From contig DATFGX010000010.1 in the NCBI GenBank assembly GCA_035248905.1, positions 55,579 to 119,578 on the forward strand: 64,000 bases of DNA, read 5' to 3'. The translations under genes were made by a program, and so were the position numbers. Each line of letters opens with the position of its first letter. Positions within the stretch are counted from its first letter, which is position 1. This document shows, piece after piece, positions 18,752 through 28,426 of this stretch. The stretch comes from Blastocatellia bacterium (GTDB taxonomy: Bacteria; Acidobacteriota; Blastocatellia; UBA7656). The notes under the pieces are model-generated. The model ran no database searches. It was not told the origin of the DNA and was given only the letters and a program-made list of their open reading frames with translations.

Positions 18752-20869
18752 TCACAGGTTGAGAATGAGAATGTTCGACCAGCCGTTGGTGTTGCGCACG
18801 CGGACGCGGTTGGCTCCCGGACGCAAGGCCAATTGCGTGGCGTCGCCGCTGATGATGAACTTGTTGCCAGCGCCTTTAACCTTGATCTTTTGCGGCGGCG
18901 CGACAATGCGCCCGTTGACCTCGACCGCCAAGCTTTCGGCCAGACCTTTCGCCTTCAACGTCAACTGCGCGCCGGTGAACGAGGCGCCCGTGAGGCTTAG
19001 CGCGCCGCTGTCGGCCTTGCTGAAATCAACCGTCGCTTCGGCGCTGCGCGTGCCGGCGCGGTCTATCGCAACGACGCTGGCGCGCCACGCCGTCGGCAGC
19101 CCGCCGAGGCCGCTCATCGTGAATTGAGTCTCGACCGCCGCGGCGCTTCCCGTGTTGATCGCCTGCGTCGTTGGCACGCGAACCATGCGGCCTGCTTCAT
19201 CGAGCAGCGTGACTTCTGCCATCGCCAGATCCGCATCACGATCCAGCGCCGCAAGGTCAAACTGCAAGCCGTCGCCTTCAAGCCGCGCCGTCAGATTGCA
19301 GATGGCCGGCGCATACTGTTGACTGGTTGACGCGCCGCCGGTGACGGTCGCCATCACCGTGTAGCTCGCGTCGCCCGGCCCCCAGTTCGCCACGGCGATG
19401 TAGTAAACCCCTGCGCGCAAGGGCAGGGAACTCGCCGGCGTAATCGTGATCGCTTCGATGTTCGATTCGCTGTCGGAGCGGTAATCAACTACAGGGTTGT
19501 GGCCGAGCAGCACCACCGGCTGGCCATAGCGCGCGAACAGGTCAACGTCTTGATCGCCGTGCAGATCGATCTGCAACTGTGTCGCGCCGGGCGGGACGAC
19601 GATCGCGTAGTGCGTGTGGCTGAGGACGCCGAGTTTGGGCGGCGGCGCGGTCATGCCTCCGGCCTGCGTCTGCCCGGAGGTTAGCGGGATGATGGTTGTA
19701 ACATCCGTCACACTCTGCGTCCGGTAGCCGATTGCCTCAAGCACCGCGAGGTCGTTGTCGGTGACCACTTGAGATTCGCCGGCGGCAATGGTTGGATTCA
19801 TCACGCCGAGATATTGGCCGCCGGTGTGGTCATCTTTCCAGTGCGACGGCGACTGGCCATCGCCGCCCGTGCCGTCGGGGCGACCGCTCGACAAGGCGAG
19901 CATCCCGCCGCCCGCGTAAAAGCGCTGCTCGCCGCCCGAAGTCAAGACGCGCGTGGCGGCGGCAAAGTCGTTCTGGAGTGCGTCGGGCCGCAGGCGGAAC
20001 AGATCGGCGGCGGTCGGCTGCGGGTCGGGCGCGGCACCCATCTCCTGCTGCCCGACCGCCGAGACGAAGCCGAGGATGTGACCGATGGCGTGCAACGCGA
20101 TGGCTTCAAAGTCGAGCTTGTTCGCCTCGATGCCGTCGCTGGGTTCGAAATCAAAACTGAAATTTGAATTCACGGCGATGGCCGGCGGCGGGCCGAATCG
20201 ATTCCACTCGCGCTCAGGGTCGGCAGCCGGGTCGAGCAAACCTGCGGCGCGCAGCGTCGCAGACGTGGCCGCCAGGGCTTGCGACGCGCCGCCGTCGGTC
20301 GGCACCGTTTTGGCGGGGAGCAGGTTGTACAGCGAGCGCTTTTCAGCGTCGAAGGTTTCTGTCATCAAACCGGCGCGCGTCGCCGGATAGAGCGCATTGC
20401 CGGCGATCACTTGAGCGTCGGCGCTGCTGACGACATCGGCGTCGAACGGTTTGCCGAAGCAGATCGGGCCGAAGTCCACATCGATGATGATGGTCACGCG
20501 CGTCCGCACGAGGGTTTGCCAGCGGGCAGCGGCGCGCACAAAGGCGTCACGCGCCGCGGGAAAGCTCTGCAACTGCGGCGTGCCGCGCAGGACGATCTTT
20601 AAGCCCAGCGCTGGATCTGCGTCGGGTGCGAGCACGACGAGCGGCAGGTTGGCGTCACGATCTTTCAGCAGGTGCGCTTGCTCATTGCTGGCTTCGCGGC
20701 AGACGACGCGCCCGCTGGTCATGCGCTGCACGAAGGTGCCCAGCGTGTACGGGCCGGCAAACGCTGTGCGGCTGGCGGCGCTTTGCGCCAGCGCCAGGGG
20801 CATCAACGCCAGATTGAAAATCAACCAGCAGGCCGGGACGATGGCGCGGGAGCTAGCTCGAAACTTCAT
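18752..20869 (-). CDS. Secreted zinc-metalloprotease-like protein with PPC (pre-peptidase C-terminal) and Ig-like domains; HExxH motif degenerate (HAIGH)
   Basis: Signal peptide. LHAIGHILGF occupies the position of a metzincin HExxHxxG motif. A PPC-type domain (DVDLFARYGQ...GVYYIAVANWGPGDASYTV) follows. Confidence 0.5.
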   Translation of the reverse strand: MKFRASSRAIVPACWLIFNLALMPLALAQSAASRTAFAGPYTLGTFVQRMTSGRVVCREASNEQAHLLKDRDANLPLVVLAPDADPALGLKIVLRGTPQLQSFPAARDAFVRAAARWQTLVRTRVTIIIDVDFGPICFGKPFDADVVSSADAQVIAGNALYPATRAGLMTETFDAEKRSLYNLLPAKTVPTDGGASQALAATSATLRAAGLLDPAADPEREWNRFGPPPAIAVNSNFSFDFEPSDGIEANKLDFEAIALHAIGHILGFVSAVGQQEMGAAPDPQPTAADLFRLRPDALQNDFAAATRVLTSGGEQRFYAGGGMLALSSGRPDGTGGDGQSPSHWKDDHTGGQYLGVMNPTIAAGESQVVTDNDLAVLEAIGYRTQSVTDVTTIIPLTSGQTQAGGMTAPPPKLGVLSHTHYAIVVPPGATQLQIDLHGDQDVDLFARYGQPVVLLGHNPVVDYRSDSESNIEAITITPASSLPLRAGVYYIAVANWGPGDASYTVMATVTGGASTSQQYAPAICNLTARLEGDGLQFDLAALDRDADLAMAEVTLLDEAGRMVRVPTTQAINTGSAAAVETQFTMSGLGGLPTAWRASVVAIDRAGTRSAEATVDFSKADSGALSLTGASFTGAQLTLKAKGLAESLAVEVNGRIVAPPQKIKVKGAGNKFIISGDATQLALRPGANRVRVRNTNGWSNILILNL

Positions 20870-20984
20870 GACAGAAAAGCCCTTCGCACAGATGATCGGT
20901 CACTGTTGAGATGGAACGAGGTGGTTGTTATGAACGCAGCGAAATCGAAGATGATTGTAGATCATCTCGCGCCTCAGGGCAAAG

Positions 20985-21075
20985 CAGAAAATCAACCGCC
21001 AAGACGCCAAGACCGCCAAGAGGACACGGAGAATTCTCTCTTCTCTTGGCGGTCTTGGCGGTTGATTGACAAGGC
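20985..21075. repeat. (CGCCAAGA)n palindromic hairpin element in a divergent promoter region
   Basis: CCGCCAAGACGCCAAGACCGCCAAGAGG ... CTCTTGGCGGTCTTGGCGG. Lies between divergently transcribed genes. Confidence 0.8.
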
Positions 21076-21149
21076 AAGCCGTGCCAGCTAGTCTTCACCC
21101 GCGGCGTATGTCCCTTCCCATTTGAACCTGAATTGATGCGGAGTCTGCG

Positions 21150-24100
21150 ATGAACAAGAGACAATGGCGGCGCGCCGTGTCGCCGGTTTTTCTGATTGCG
21201 GTAATCGGCCTGTTGTTGGCCGGCGACCTCTGGGCGCAACGCCAGCGCAAACCGCCGGTGCGCACGCCTGCGCCCGCGCTGCAACCGCCGAAGCCTGAGC
21301 TGGTCATTCAGAATGGCCACTTCGATAACATTCGCTCGGTCGCCTTCAGTCCCGACGGGCGGCTGATCGCGTCGGGCGGCGCTGACCAGACCATCCGCTT
21401 GTGGGAAGCCGCCACGGGCCGCCTGCGCCGCGTCCTCGACGGCCATTTCGATGATGTCGCCTGCATTACGTTTTCTCCCGATGGCCGAACGCTGGCGTCG
21501 GCGAGCCTCGACAAGAGCGTGAAGCTCTGGGAGGTCACGACCGGCAAGCTGCTGCGCACGCTCTCAGGTCACGAGGCCGAAGTCCTTGCCGTTGCCTTCA
21601 GTGCTGACGGGCGCGAGCTGGTATCGGCGGGCGGCGACGCGACGATCAACGTCTGGGACACGAAGAGCGGCGAAGTGCTGCTCACCATTGATGCGCGCGC
21701 GCCGGTGCGCGCCGTCGCCTTCAGCCCTGACGGGCAGACGATTGCCGGCAGCACAGGCAAGACCGTGAGGCTCTGGAACAGTGAGAGCGGCGCGCTCATC
21801 CGCACTCTCGAAGACCACACGGCGGAAGTCCGCGCCATCGCCTTCCGTCCGGACGGAAAGCTGATTGCTACGGCGAGCCTCGATAAAACCGTCAAGCTCT
21901 GGGAAGTCGCCAGCGGCCAGTTGCTGCACACCCTCGTTGGCCACACGAGCGGCGTGGCTGCTGTCGCTTTTCATCAAGACGGCAAGAGCCTGGCGTCCGG
22001 CGGTCAGGACAAGAGCGTCATCCTCTGGGACATTGACACAGGCACACGACTGCGTACCTTCGCAGGCCACGCCAATCCGGTCAGCTCGGTCGCCTTCAAC
22101 AATGATGGCTCGATCATCGCCGCCGCCAACTATCGCGCCGTGACGCTCTGGGAGACCGCGAGCGGCAAGCAACTGCGCGCCCTCGAAGGGCGCTCGTCGG
22201 AAGTGCGCCGCATCGCCTACAGCAGCGACGGGCGGACGTTCGCGGCGACCAGCGGCGCGACCATCAAGCTGTGGGACGCGCCGAACGTCCGCTTGATGCG
22301 CACGCTCGCAGGCCATACGTCTGAGGTCAGCGGCGTGGCATTCAGCCCTGACGGCAAGACGCTCGCGTCGGCAAGCTGGGATCGAACCGTCAGGCTGTGG
22401 GAGCCTGAGAGTGGCAAGCTCCTGCGCACGCTCACGGGGCACACGTCTGAGGTCAGCTCGGTCGCGTTCAGTCCCGATGGCAAGACGGTTGCGGCGGGCG
22501 GCGAAGACCGCACCATTCGTCTGTGGGATGCCGGCACGGGCCGTTTGCTGCGCACGCTCACAGGCCATTTCAGTCTGGTGGAGTCTGTCGCGTTTAGCCC
22601 CGACGGTCGGCGGCTGGCTTCGGGCAGCGTCGATTCGACGGTGCGGCTGTGGGACGTGGAGAGTGGTTCACTCCTGCGCACGCTCAACGGCCACGGCTCG
22701 CAGGTGCATGCGGTCGCCTTTAGTCCCGATGGCCGCGTCATCGCTTCGGGCAGCGCCGATAAAACCGTCAAGCTGTGGGACGCCGCGAGCGGCGCGCTGC
22801 TGCGCACGGCTGAAGGCCACACCTACGACGTGCTGTCGCTGGCGTTCAGCGGCGATGGGAAATGGTTAGCGTCGGGCGGCTACGACAAGACGATCAAGTT
22901 ATGGGATGCGACCAACGGCAATCTCGTGCGCACGCTCGTAGGCCACGCCAGCCCTGTGTCGTCGCTCGTCTTCAGCCCGAATCATAAATGGCTGTTGTCG
23001 GGGAGCTGGGATACGACGACGAAAATCTGGTCGCTCGATCTGGGCGTGAACCTGGTCACTTTACTTGCTTTCAAAGATGGCAACTGGATCGCCTTCACGC
23101 CCGAAGGCTACTACGACGGCTCGGACAGTGGCGGCCAGTATGTCGCCTGGCGCGTCGCCGACGCGATCTTCGACTTCGATCAATTCTTCGACCGCTTCTT
23201 CAAGCCGCAGGTCGTGCCGAAGACCTTGCAGGAGCCGACGGCCAAACCCGCCGACACCATCGCGAAAGGCTTTGCGACGCCGCCCGACGTGCGCATCACT
23301 TCGCCGCGCAAAGACGAGCGCTTCACGACCGAAGAAGTCGAGGTGACCGTCGAAGCGCGCGACACAGGCGGCGGCGCCGAAGACTTGCGGCTCTATCAAA
23401 ACGGCAAGCTCGTCAACCCCGCCAGTCGCGGCCTGAAAGCGATGGCGCGCGGCACGCTGGCGGCGACCTATCGGGTTTTGCTTGCCGAAGGCGGCAATAC
23501 GCTGCGCGCCGTCGCCTACAGCCGCGACCGCACCGAAAGCCGCGCCGACGAAATCAGCGTGCAACTGGCGGCGCCAGAAAAGCAGGCGGCGCTGCGCCTG
23601 CTGGTCGTCGGCATCAGCCGCTACCAGAACCCGACCTTGAACTTGAACTATTCGGTGCAGGATGCGGAAAGCATTGCAAATTACTTTCAGCAGACCGGCG
23701 GGCGGCTGTTCCGCGAAGTCGAGATCAACCGGCTCTACGACGCAGAGGCCAGCCGCGCCAACATCCTGAAGGCGTTTGCGCGGCTCAGTGAGACGGCGCG
23801 GCCCGAAGACGTGGTGATCATCTATTTCGCGGGCCACGGCGACAGCCGCGCCGACCAGTGGTACTTCATCCCGCACGAGATCACGCAGCCCGAACGCGAC
23901 GAGCAACTGACGGCGGGCGGCGTCTCGTCGTCGGCGATCTCTGAGGCACTGGTCAAGATTCGTTCACGGAAGGTGCTGTTGCTGCTCGACGCCTGCCGTT
24001 CGGGCGGCGCGGTGGTGTCGTTCCGCGGTTACGAAGACCGCAAATCACTCGCGCAGTTGGCGCGCTCTGCCGGCGTCCACATCATCGCGGCGTCGGGCGC

Positions 24101-24338
24101 GAGCCAGTTGGCCGCGGAGATCGATGAGCTGCGTCACGGCCTGTTCACTTACGTGTTGCTGGCGGGCTTGCAAGGCGAGGCGGTCGTCGGCGCGGCCAGC
24201 CGCAGCGTCACCGTGCGCGGGTTGTTAGCGTACATCGAAGACCGCTTGCCGGAAGTGTCGAAGAAGTACAAGGCCGAAGCGCAATACCCGGTCAGTTCGT
24301 CAAAGGGTCAGGACTTCCCCGTGGCCCTGTTGCGCTAA
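21150..24338 (+). CDS. WD40-repeat protein (about 14 blades) with C-terminal caspase-like (peptidase C14) domain; N-terminal signal/TM
   Basis: Repeated GH...WD-type units (SVAFSPDG...ASGS.D.T.KLWD). The C-terminus has IIYFAGHGD and LLLDACRSGG, a caspase His/Cys dyad. 1062 aa. Confidence 0.85.
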   Translation: MNKRQWRRAVSPVFLIAVIGLLLAGDLWAQRQRKPPVRTPAPALQPPKPELVIQNGHFDNIRSVAFSPDGRLIASGGADQTIRLWEAATGRLRRVLDGHFDDVACITFSPDGRTLASASLDKSVKLWEVTTGKLLRTLSGHEAEVLAVAFSADGRELVSAGGDATINVWDTKSGEVLLTIDARAPVRAVAFSPDGQTIAGSTGKTVRLWNSESGALIRTLEDHTAEVRAIAFRPDGKLIATASLDKTVKLWEVASGQLLHTLVGHTSGVAAVAFHQDGKSLASGGQDKSVILWDIDTGTRLRTFAGHANPVSSVAFNNDGSIIAAANYRAVTLWETASGKQLRALEGRSSEVRRIAYSSDGRTFAATSGATIKLWDAPNVRLMRTLAGHTSEVSGVAFSPDGKTLASASWDRTVRLWEPESGKLLRTLTGHTSEVSSVAFSPDGKTVAAGGEDRTIRLWDAGTGRLLRTLTGHFSLVESVAFSPDGRRLASGSVDSTVRLWDVESGSLLRTLNGHGSQVHAVAFSPDGRVIASGSADKTVKLWDAASGALLRTAEGHTYDVLSLAFSGDGKWLASGGYDKTIKLWDATNGNLVRTLVGHASPVSSLVFSPNHKWLLSGSWDTTTKIWSLDLGVNLVTLLAFKDGNWIAFTPEGYYDGSDSGGQYVAWRVADAIFDFDQFFDRFFKPQVVPKTLQEPTAKPADTIAKGFATPPDVRITSPRKDERFTTEEVEVTVEARDTGGGAEDLRLYQNGKLVNPASRGLKAMARGTLAATYRVLLAEGGNTLRAVAYSRDRTESRADEISVQLAAPEKQAALRLLVVGISRYQNPTLNLNYSVQDAESIANYFQQTGGRLFREVEINRLYDAEASRANILKAFARLSETARPEDVVIIYFAGHGDSRADQWYFIPHEITQPERDEQLTAGGVSSSAISEALVKIRSRKVLLLLDACRSGGAVVSFRGYEDRKSLAQLARSAGVHIIAASGASQLAAEIDELRHGLFTYVLLAGLQGEAVVGAASRSVTVRGLLAYIEDRLPEVSKKYKAEAQYPVSSSKGQDFPVALLR

Positions 24339-24344
24339 GTTGCG

Positions 24345-24410
24345 AACCGCCAAGACGCCAAGACCGCCAAGAGAGGATGAATTTCTTGGCGGTCTTGGCG
24401 TCTTGGCGGT
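24345..24410. repeat. (CGCCAAGA)n palindromic hairpin; likely bidirectional terminator between convergent genes
   Basis: CCGCCAAGACGCCAAGACCGCCAAGAG ... CTTGGCGGTCTTGGCGTCTTGGCGG. Same family as 20985 and 33753. Confidence 0.75.
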
Positions 24411-24435
24411 TGCTTGCTTTGCTGTATCTAAATTA

Positions 24436-25617
24436 TTACACATCGCCGAGGATCAGCTTGGCGATGGTCTGGAGCTGCATGTTCGACGTGCCTTCGTAAA
24501 TCTTGCCAATCTTGGCGTCGCGGTAATACTTCTCTGCCGGGTAGTCCTTCGTGTAGCCATAGCCGCCGTACAACTCAACTACTTGCGAAGTGACGCGCTC
24601 GGCGACCTGTGACGTAAACAGCTTGGCCATCGCCGCCTGCATCACGAAGTTCTCGCCGGCGTCCTTCATCCGCGCCGCGTTGTAGACCATCAGGCGCGCC
24701 GCTTCTAACTCCGTTGCGATCTGCGCGACCTGGAACTGCACGCCTTGAAAGGCGCCGATGCTGCGGCCGAACTGGCGGCGCTCCTTGACGTAGTTGATGC
24801 CGTAATCGAGCGCGCCTTGCGAAAGGCCGACCATCTGCGCGCCGATGCCGATGCGCCCTTCGTTCAACGTTTCGATGGCGATCTTGTAGCCGCGGCCTAC
24901 CTCACCCAGCACGTTCTCTTTCTTGACGGCGCAATCTTCTAAGATCAGCTCGCAGGTCGAGCTGGCGCGGATGCCGAGCTTGTTCTCTTTCTTGCCGACC
25001 GAAAAACCTGGGAAGTCGCGCTCGACCAGAAAAGCCGTGATGCCGCGGTAGCCTTTGTCGGGCGCGACGTTGGCAAAGACGATAAATAAGCCCGCCTCCG
25101 CGCCGTTGGTGATCCACAGCTTGCGCCCATTGAGCAGGTAATGATCGCCCTTGTCTTCAGCTTTTGTCGCCAGCGCGAAGGCGTCCGAGCCTGAGCCGGC
25201 TTCCGAAAGCGCATACGCGCCGACGGTGTCTGTGGCCAGGCGCGGCAGGTAGCGGCGCTTTTGATCTTCGTTGGCCCAGATGAGCACGGCGTTGTTGACC
25301 AGCGTGTTCTGCACGTCGACGATGACGCCCGCCGAAGCGTCGGCGCGCGACAGCTCTTCGACGGCGATGATCGAGTTGAAGAAGCTGCCGCCCTGGCCGC
25401 CGTAGGCTTCGGGGATGGCGATGCCCATCAATCCGAGGTCGAAAAACTGCTTGATGAGGTCGGCGGAGAATTTGCCCTGCTCGTCCATCTCTGCGGCCAG
25501 CGGGCGCACCTGGCTGGCGGCGAATTCGCCGACCGATTGGCGGAATAATTGCTCTTCGTCGATTAACGAAGTGAGCGCGCGCGGCGCGGTTTCGGAAGCG
25601 GTTGCCGGTTGTGACAT
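24436..25617 (-). CDS. Acyl-CoA dehydrogenase (short/branched-chain type)
   Basis: 393 aa with the ACAD N-, middle and C-terminal domains. The C-terminus has YGGYGYTKDYPAEKYYRDAKI..IYEGTSN. Confidence 0.9.
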   Translation of the reverse strand: MSQPATASETAPRALTSLIDEEQLFRQSVGEFAASQVRPLAAEMDEQGKFSADLIKQFFDLGLMGIAIPEAYGGQGGSFFNSIIAVEELSRADASAGVIVDVQNTLVNNAVLIWANEDQKRRYLPRLATDTVGAYALSEAGSGSDAFALATKAEDKGDHYLLNGRKLWITNGAEAGLFIVFANVAPDKGYRGITAFLVERDFPGFSVGKKENKLGIRASSTCELILEDCAVKKENVLGEVGRGYKIAIETLNEGRIGIGAQMVGLSQGALDYGINYVKERRQFGRSIGAFQGVQFQVAQIATELEAARLMVYNAARMKDAGENFVMQAAMAKLFTSQVAERVTSQVVELYGGYGYTKDYPAEKYYRDAKIGKIYEGTSNMQLQTIAKLILGDV

Positions 25618-25762
25618 GATGTTTCTCCCAGACGAAAGTATCGAAGTATGACAGTGACTTTCAATCTAGCACGGGCCGCCGGCGAAGGCAAAAGGTCAAA
25701 GGCGGGCCGAACCTGCCCGCGCCGCCCGTCGTAGTCAAACTGAGTTCTGCTGTAGAATCAGG

Positions 25763-25768
25763 TATAAT
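25763..25768 (+). promoter_or_regulatory. Candidate sigma70 -10 hexamer TATAAT upstream of the first zinc-ribbon paralog
   Basis: GGTATAATG lies about 70 nt upstream of the ATG at 25837. No good -35 was found. Confidence 0.2.
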
Positions 25769-25836
25769 GAAGGCGAAGGAAAATGCGCGGTTGAACTCCT
25801 GAAGCCGCCAACACCGACTGACATCACGGAGGCACT

Positions 25837-26331
25837 ATGTACTGTCCGAATTGCGCTGCGGAGCACGTCTACGGCTTGCGATACTGCAAACAGTGCGGCA
25901 CCAATCTCCTGGATGGCCCGCAGCCGGCGCCACCCGCGCCGCCGGCGCCGAAAACGATCGCTGCCGCCTGGCCGCTGGCGCTGGCGACCGTGGCGATTAC
26001 ACTCGGCGGCCTGGGGATTGTTTTTACGCATGCCTTTGATCTGATGCGGATGTTTCCCGGCGAGGTGCGCACAGGCGAGGCGACGCCCGTGGCCATCGTC
26101 ATGCTCGTCTTCGGCACGCTGACCATCTGCGGCGTCGTCGCCATGATGATGCGGCTGTTCACCCACTTGCTGGTGCCGGGGGCGCGCGCCGCTAAAGGCG
26201 ACAAGGCGATCAGCGCCGCGCCGCCGCTCATCCAGTTGCCGGGCGCGCCGTCGTCGGTCGGCAGCGTCACCGAACACACGACGCGCAACTTTGAACCGGG
26301 CGTCTACGACCGTGTGCGCGCCCGCGAATAG
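25837..26331 (+). CDS. Zinc-ribbon / 2-TM membrane protein, paralog 1 (C-terminal SVTEHTTRNFE motif)
   Basis: GGAGG RBS. N-terminal CPNC...YCKQCG zinc ribbon, a Pro-rich linker, two TM helices, and a conserved C-terminal motif. Confidence 0.6.
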   Translation: MYCPNCAAEHVYGLRYCKQCGTNLLDGPQPAPPAPPAPKTIAAAWPLALATVAITLGGLGIVFTHAFDLMRMFPGEVRTGEATPVAIVMLVFGTLTICGVVAMMMRLFTHLLVPGARAAKGDKAISAAPPLIQLPGAPSSVGSVTEHTTRNFEPGVYDRVRARE

Positions 26332-26375
26332 CCGGGCGATTGTGAAGAAGATTACCAGGTGAATCGGAGGCGGTC

Positions 26376-26897
26376 ATGAATTGTCCATTATGCGGCGCGG
26401 CCAACACGGCGGGGCTGCGCTACTGCACGCGCTGCGGCGGCAGCTTGATGCAAGCCGCGGCGGGCGCTGACTTCGAGCGCGTCCGGCAGACCGAGCACGG
26501 CTGGGATATTGAAAAGAGCGAATCGCCGGGGATGAGCGGTAAGCGATTGGCTGGAATTTTCTGGGCTATCGCTGTCTTTGGCCTGGTATCGTTCGCTGTG
26601 CTATTTGGTATCGCCGTGCCGCTGTCGATCTTCCATGCGCCGCGCGAGCTTGTGGTGCCGCTCTACATGTTCGGCCCGGCGGCGGTGGTCTTGATCGCCG
26701 GCATGCTCATCCGGCAGGTGTCGCGGCTGATCAAGATCATGGAGAACGACAGCAGCTCGCGGCGGCAGATGCAGCGCACGCCGTCGCCCGCGCCACCGCA
26801 GATCGTCGCGCCGCCGCCAGGCTTTCGCAGCGTCACCGAACACACGACGCGCAACTTCGAGGCGGCGTACCGCGACGCCGGCGAGCCGCAGAGGTGA
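26376..26897 (+). CDS. Zinc-ribbon / 2-TM membrane protein, paralog 2
   Basis: CPLCG...YCTRCG, two TM helices, and a C-terminal RSVTEHTTRNFE. Confidence 0.6.
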   Translation: MNCPLCGAANTAGLRYCTRCGGSLMQAAAGADFERVRQTEHGWDIEKSESPGMSGKRLAGIFWAIAVFGLVSFAVLFGIAVPLSIFHAPRELVVPLYMFGPAAVVLIAGMLIRQVSRLIKIMENDSSSRRQMQRTPSPAPPQIVAPPPGFRSVTEHTTRNFEAAYRDAGEPQR

Positions 26898-26899
26898 AT

Positions 26900-27394
26900 A
26901 TGTATTGTCCAAATTGTGGCGCGGAATCCGTCCAGGGGCTGCGTTATTGTAAGCAGTGCGGCGCCAACCTCAACCTGACGACCGAGATGATGCCGCCCGC
27001 CCGCTTCCCGATGGCCCTGACCATCATCTTTCTGATGTTGATCGCGCTCATCTCTATAATCGGCGGCGTCGGCGCGTTCGCGCTGGCGTCCGATATGTCC
27101 ATGCATAACCAGCCGCCGAGCAACGTGTTGGCGATTATGATTCTCGGCCCGCTGGTAACGCTCGGCGTTGATGTGCTGTTGGTCTGGCTGTTGCTGCGGC
27201 TGGTGAAGATCTATCACCAGCCCGCCGCGCCGCAGCCGCTTCCGCAGGCGGTGCCGCGCGCCTTCACGCCGCCGCAACTCGACGCGCCGCCGTCGTCGGT
27301 CGGCAGCGTCACCGAACATACGACGCGCAATTTCGAAGCGCATGAAAAACAGATACGCGCCCGCCAGGCGAGCCGCGACACCAACGAAGTATGA
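26900..27394 (+). CDS. Zinc-ribbon / 2-TM membrane protein, paralog 3
   Basis: GAGGTG RBS. CPNCG...YCKQCG, two TM helices, and a C-terminal SVGSVTEHTTRNFE. Confidence 0.6.
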   Translation: MYCPNCGAESVQGLRYCKQCGANLNLTTEMMPPARFPMALTIIFLMLIALISIIGGVGAFALASDMSMHNQPPSNVLAIMILGPLVTLGVDVLLVWLLLRLVKIYHQPAAPQPLPQAVPRAFTPPQLDAPPSSVGSVTEHTTRNFEAHEKQIRARQASRDTNEV

Positions 27395-27487
27395 GGCCGC
27401 GCCAGCGCGCCCTGCCTGTCAGATGGTCGCAGTCGTTCGCGTCTTGCGGGCCTCATTTGAACTGACCGACCACTCCCCGGAGGATGA

Positions 27488-28426
27488 TTGATGAATGTAA
27501 TTGAGCTGAGGGATGCGACCAAACGCTTCGATGAGTTTGTCGCCGTCCGTGACCTGTCGTTTGCCGTGCGCCAGGGCAGCGTCTTCGGGCTGCTCGGCCC
27601 GAACGGCGCCGGCAAGACGACATCGATCCGCATGATCGTCAATATCACCGCTCCGGACGAAGGCGAAGTCCTGGTGATGGGCCGCCACATGAATGCCGAG
27701 CTGCAAACGCACATCGGCTACCTGCCGGAAGAACGCGGCCTCTACAAGAAGATGACGGTCGGCGATCAACTGGTCTTCTTCGGCAACATCAAGGGGCTGG
27801 ACCCGCGCACCGCCGCGCGCCGCGCCGACGAATGGCTCGAACGCCTGGAGCTGTCGCAGTGGAAAGGCAAGAAGCCGCCCGACCTGTCGAAAGGCATGCA
27901 GCAGAAGGTGCAGTTCATCGCCACTGTCCTGCACGACCCCGACATCTTGATTTTGGATGAGCCGTTTTCCGGACTCGACCCGGTGAGCGTCGGCGTTCTC
28001 AAAAGCGCCATCCTCGACCTCAAGAAGCAAGGCAAGACCGTCATCTTCTCAACCCACCAGATGGAACAGGTCGAGCAGATGTGCGACGACATCTGCCTGA
28101 TCAATCACGCCACCAAGGTGTTGGGCGGCGGCCTCAAAGAAGTCAAGCGGCGTTATGGCCGCAACACCGTCATCCTCGATTACGAAGGGCCGGACGACTT
28201 CCTCACTGCCGACCTGATCAAGCGCCACAATCGTAATGCAAGCTACAGCGAGATTCTCTTGCAGGATGGCGCTGACGCGCAGGAGATTCTGCGGCGCGCG
28301 GTCGCCGCAGGTGTGGTGATTCATCGCTTCGAGCTGGTCGAGCCGTCGCTCAACGAAATCTTCATCGAGTGCGTCACCGGCACACAGGAACTCGCGGGCC
28401 GGCGCGTCGAGGCGGAGGCGCTATGA
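27488..28426 (+). CDS. ABC transporter ATP-binding protein (ABC-2 exporter type)
   Basis: GGAGGA RBS. Walker A GPNGAGKTT, signature LSKGMQQK, Walker B ILILDEP. Confidence 0.9.
   Translation: MMNVIELRDATKRFDEFVAVRDLSFAVRQGSVFGLLGPNGAGKTTSIRMIVNITAPDEGEVLVMGRHMNAELQTHIGYLPEERGLYKKMTVGDQLVFFGNIKGLDPRTAARRADEWLERLELSQWKGKKPPDLSKGMQQKVQFIATVLHDPDILILDEPFSGLDPVSVGVLKSAILDLKKQGKTVIFSTHQMEQVEQMCDDICLINHATKVLGGGLKEVKRRYGRNTVILDYEGPDDFLTADLIKRHNRNASYSEILLQDGADAQEILRRAVAAGVVIHRFELVEPSLNEIFIECVTGTQELAGRRVEAEAL

Noticed and set aside
25735-25768. Putative sigma70 promoter (GTCAAA ... TATAAT) upstream of the zinc-ribbon triplet
   Set aside because: The spacing between the candidate -35 and -10 is about 23 nt, which is too long. 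Only the -10 hexamer is reported, at low confidence.
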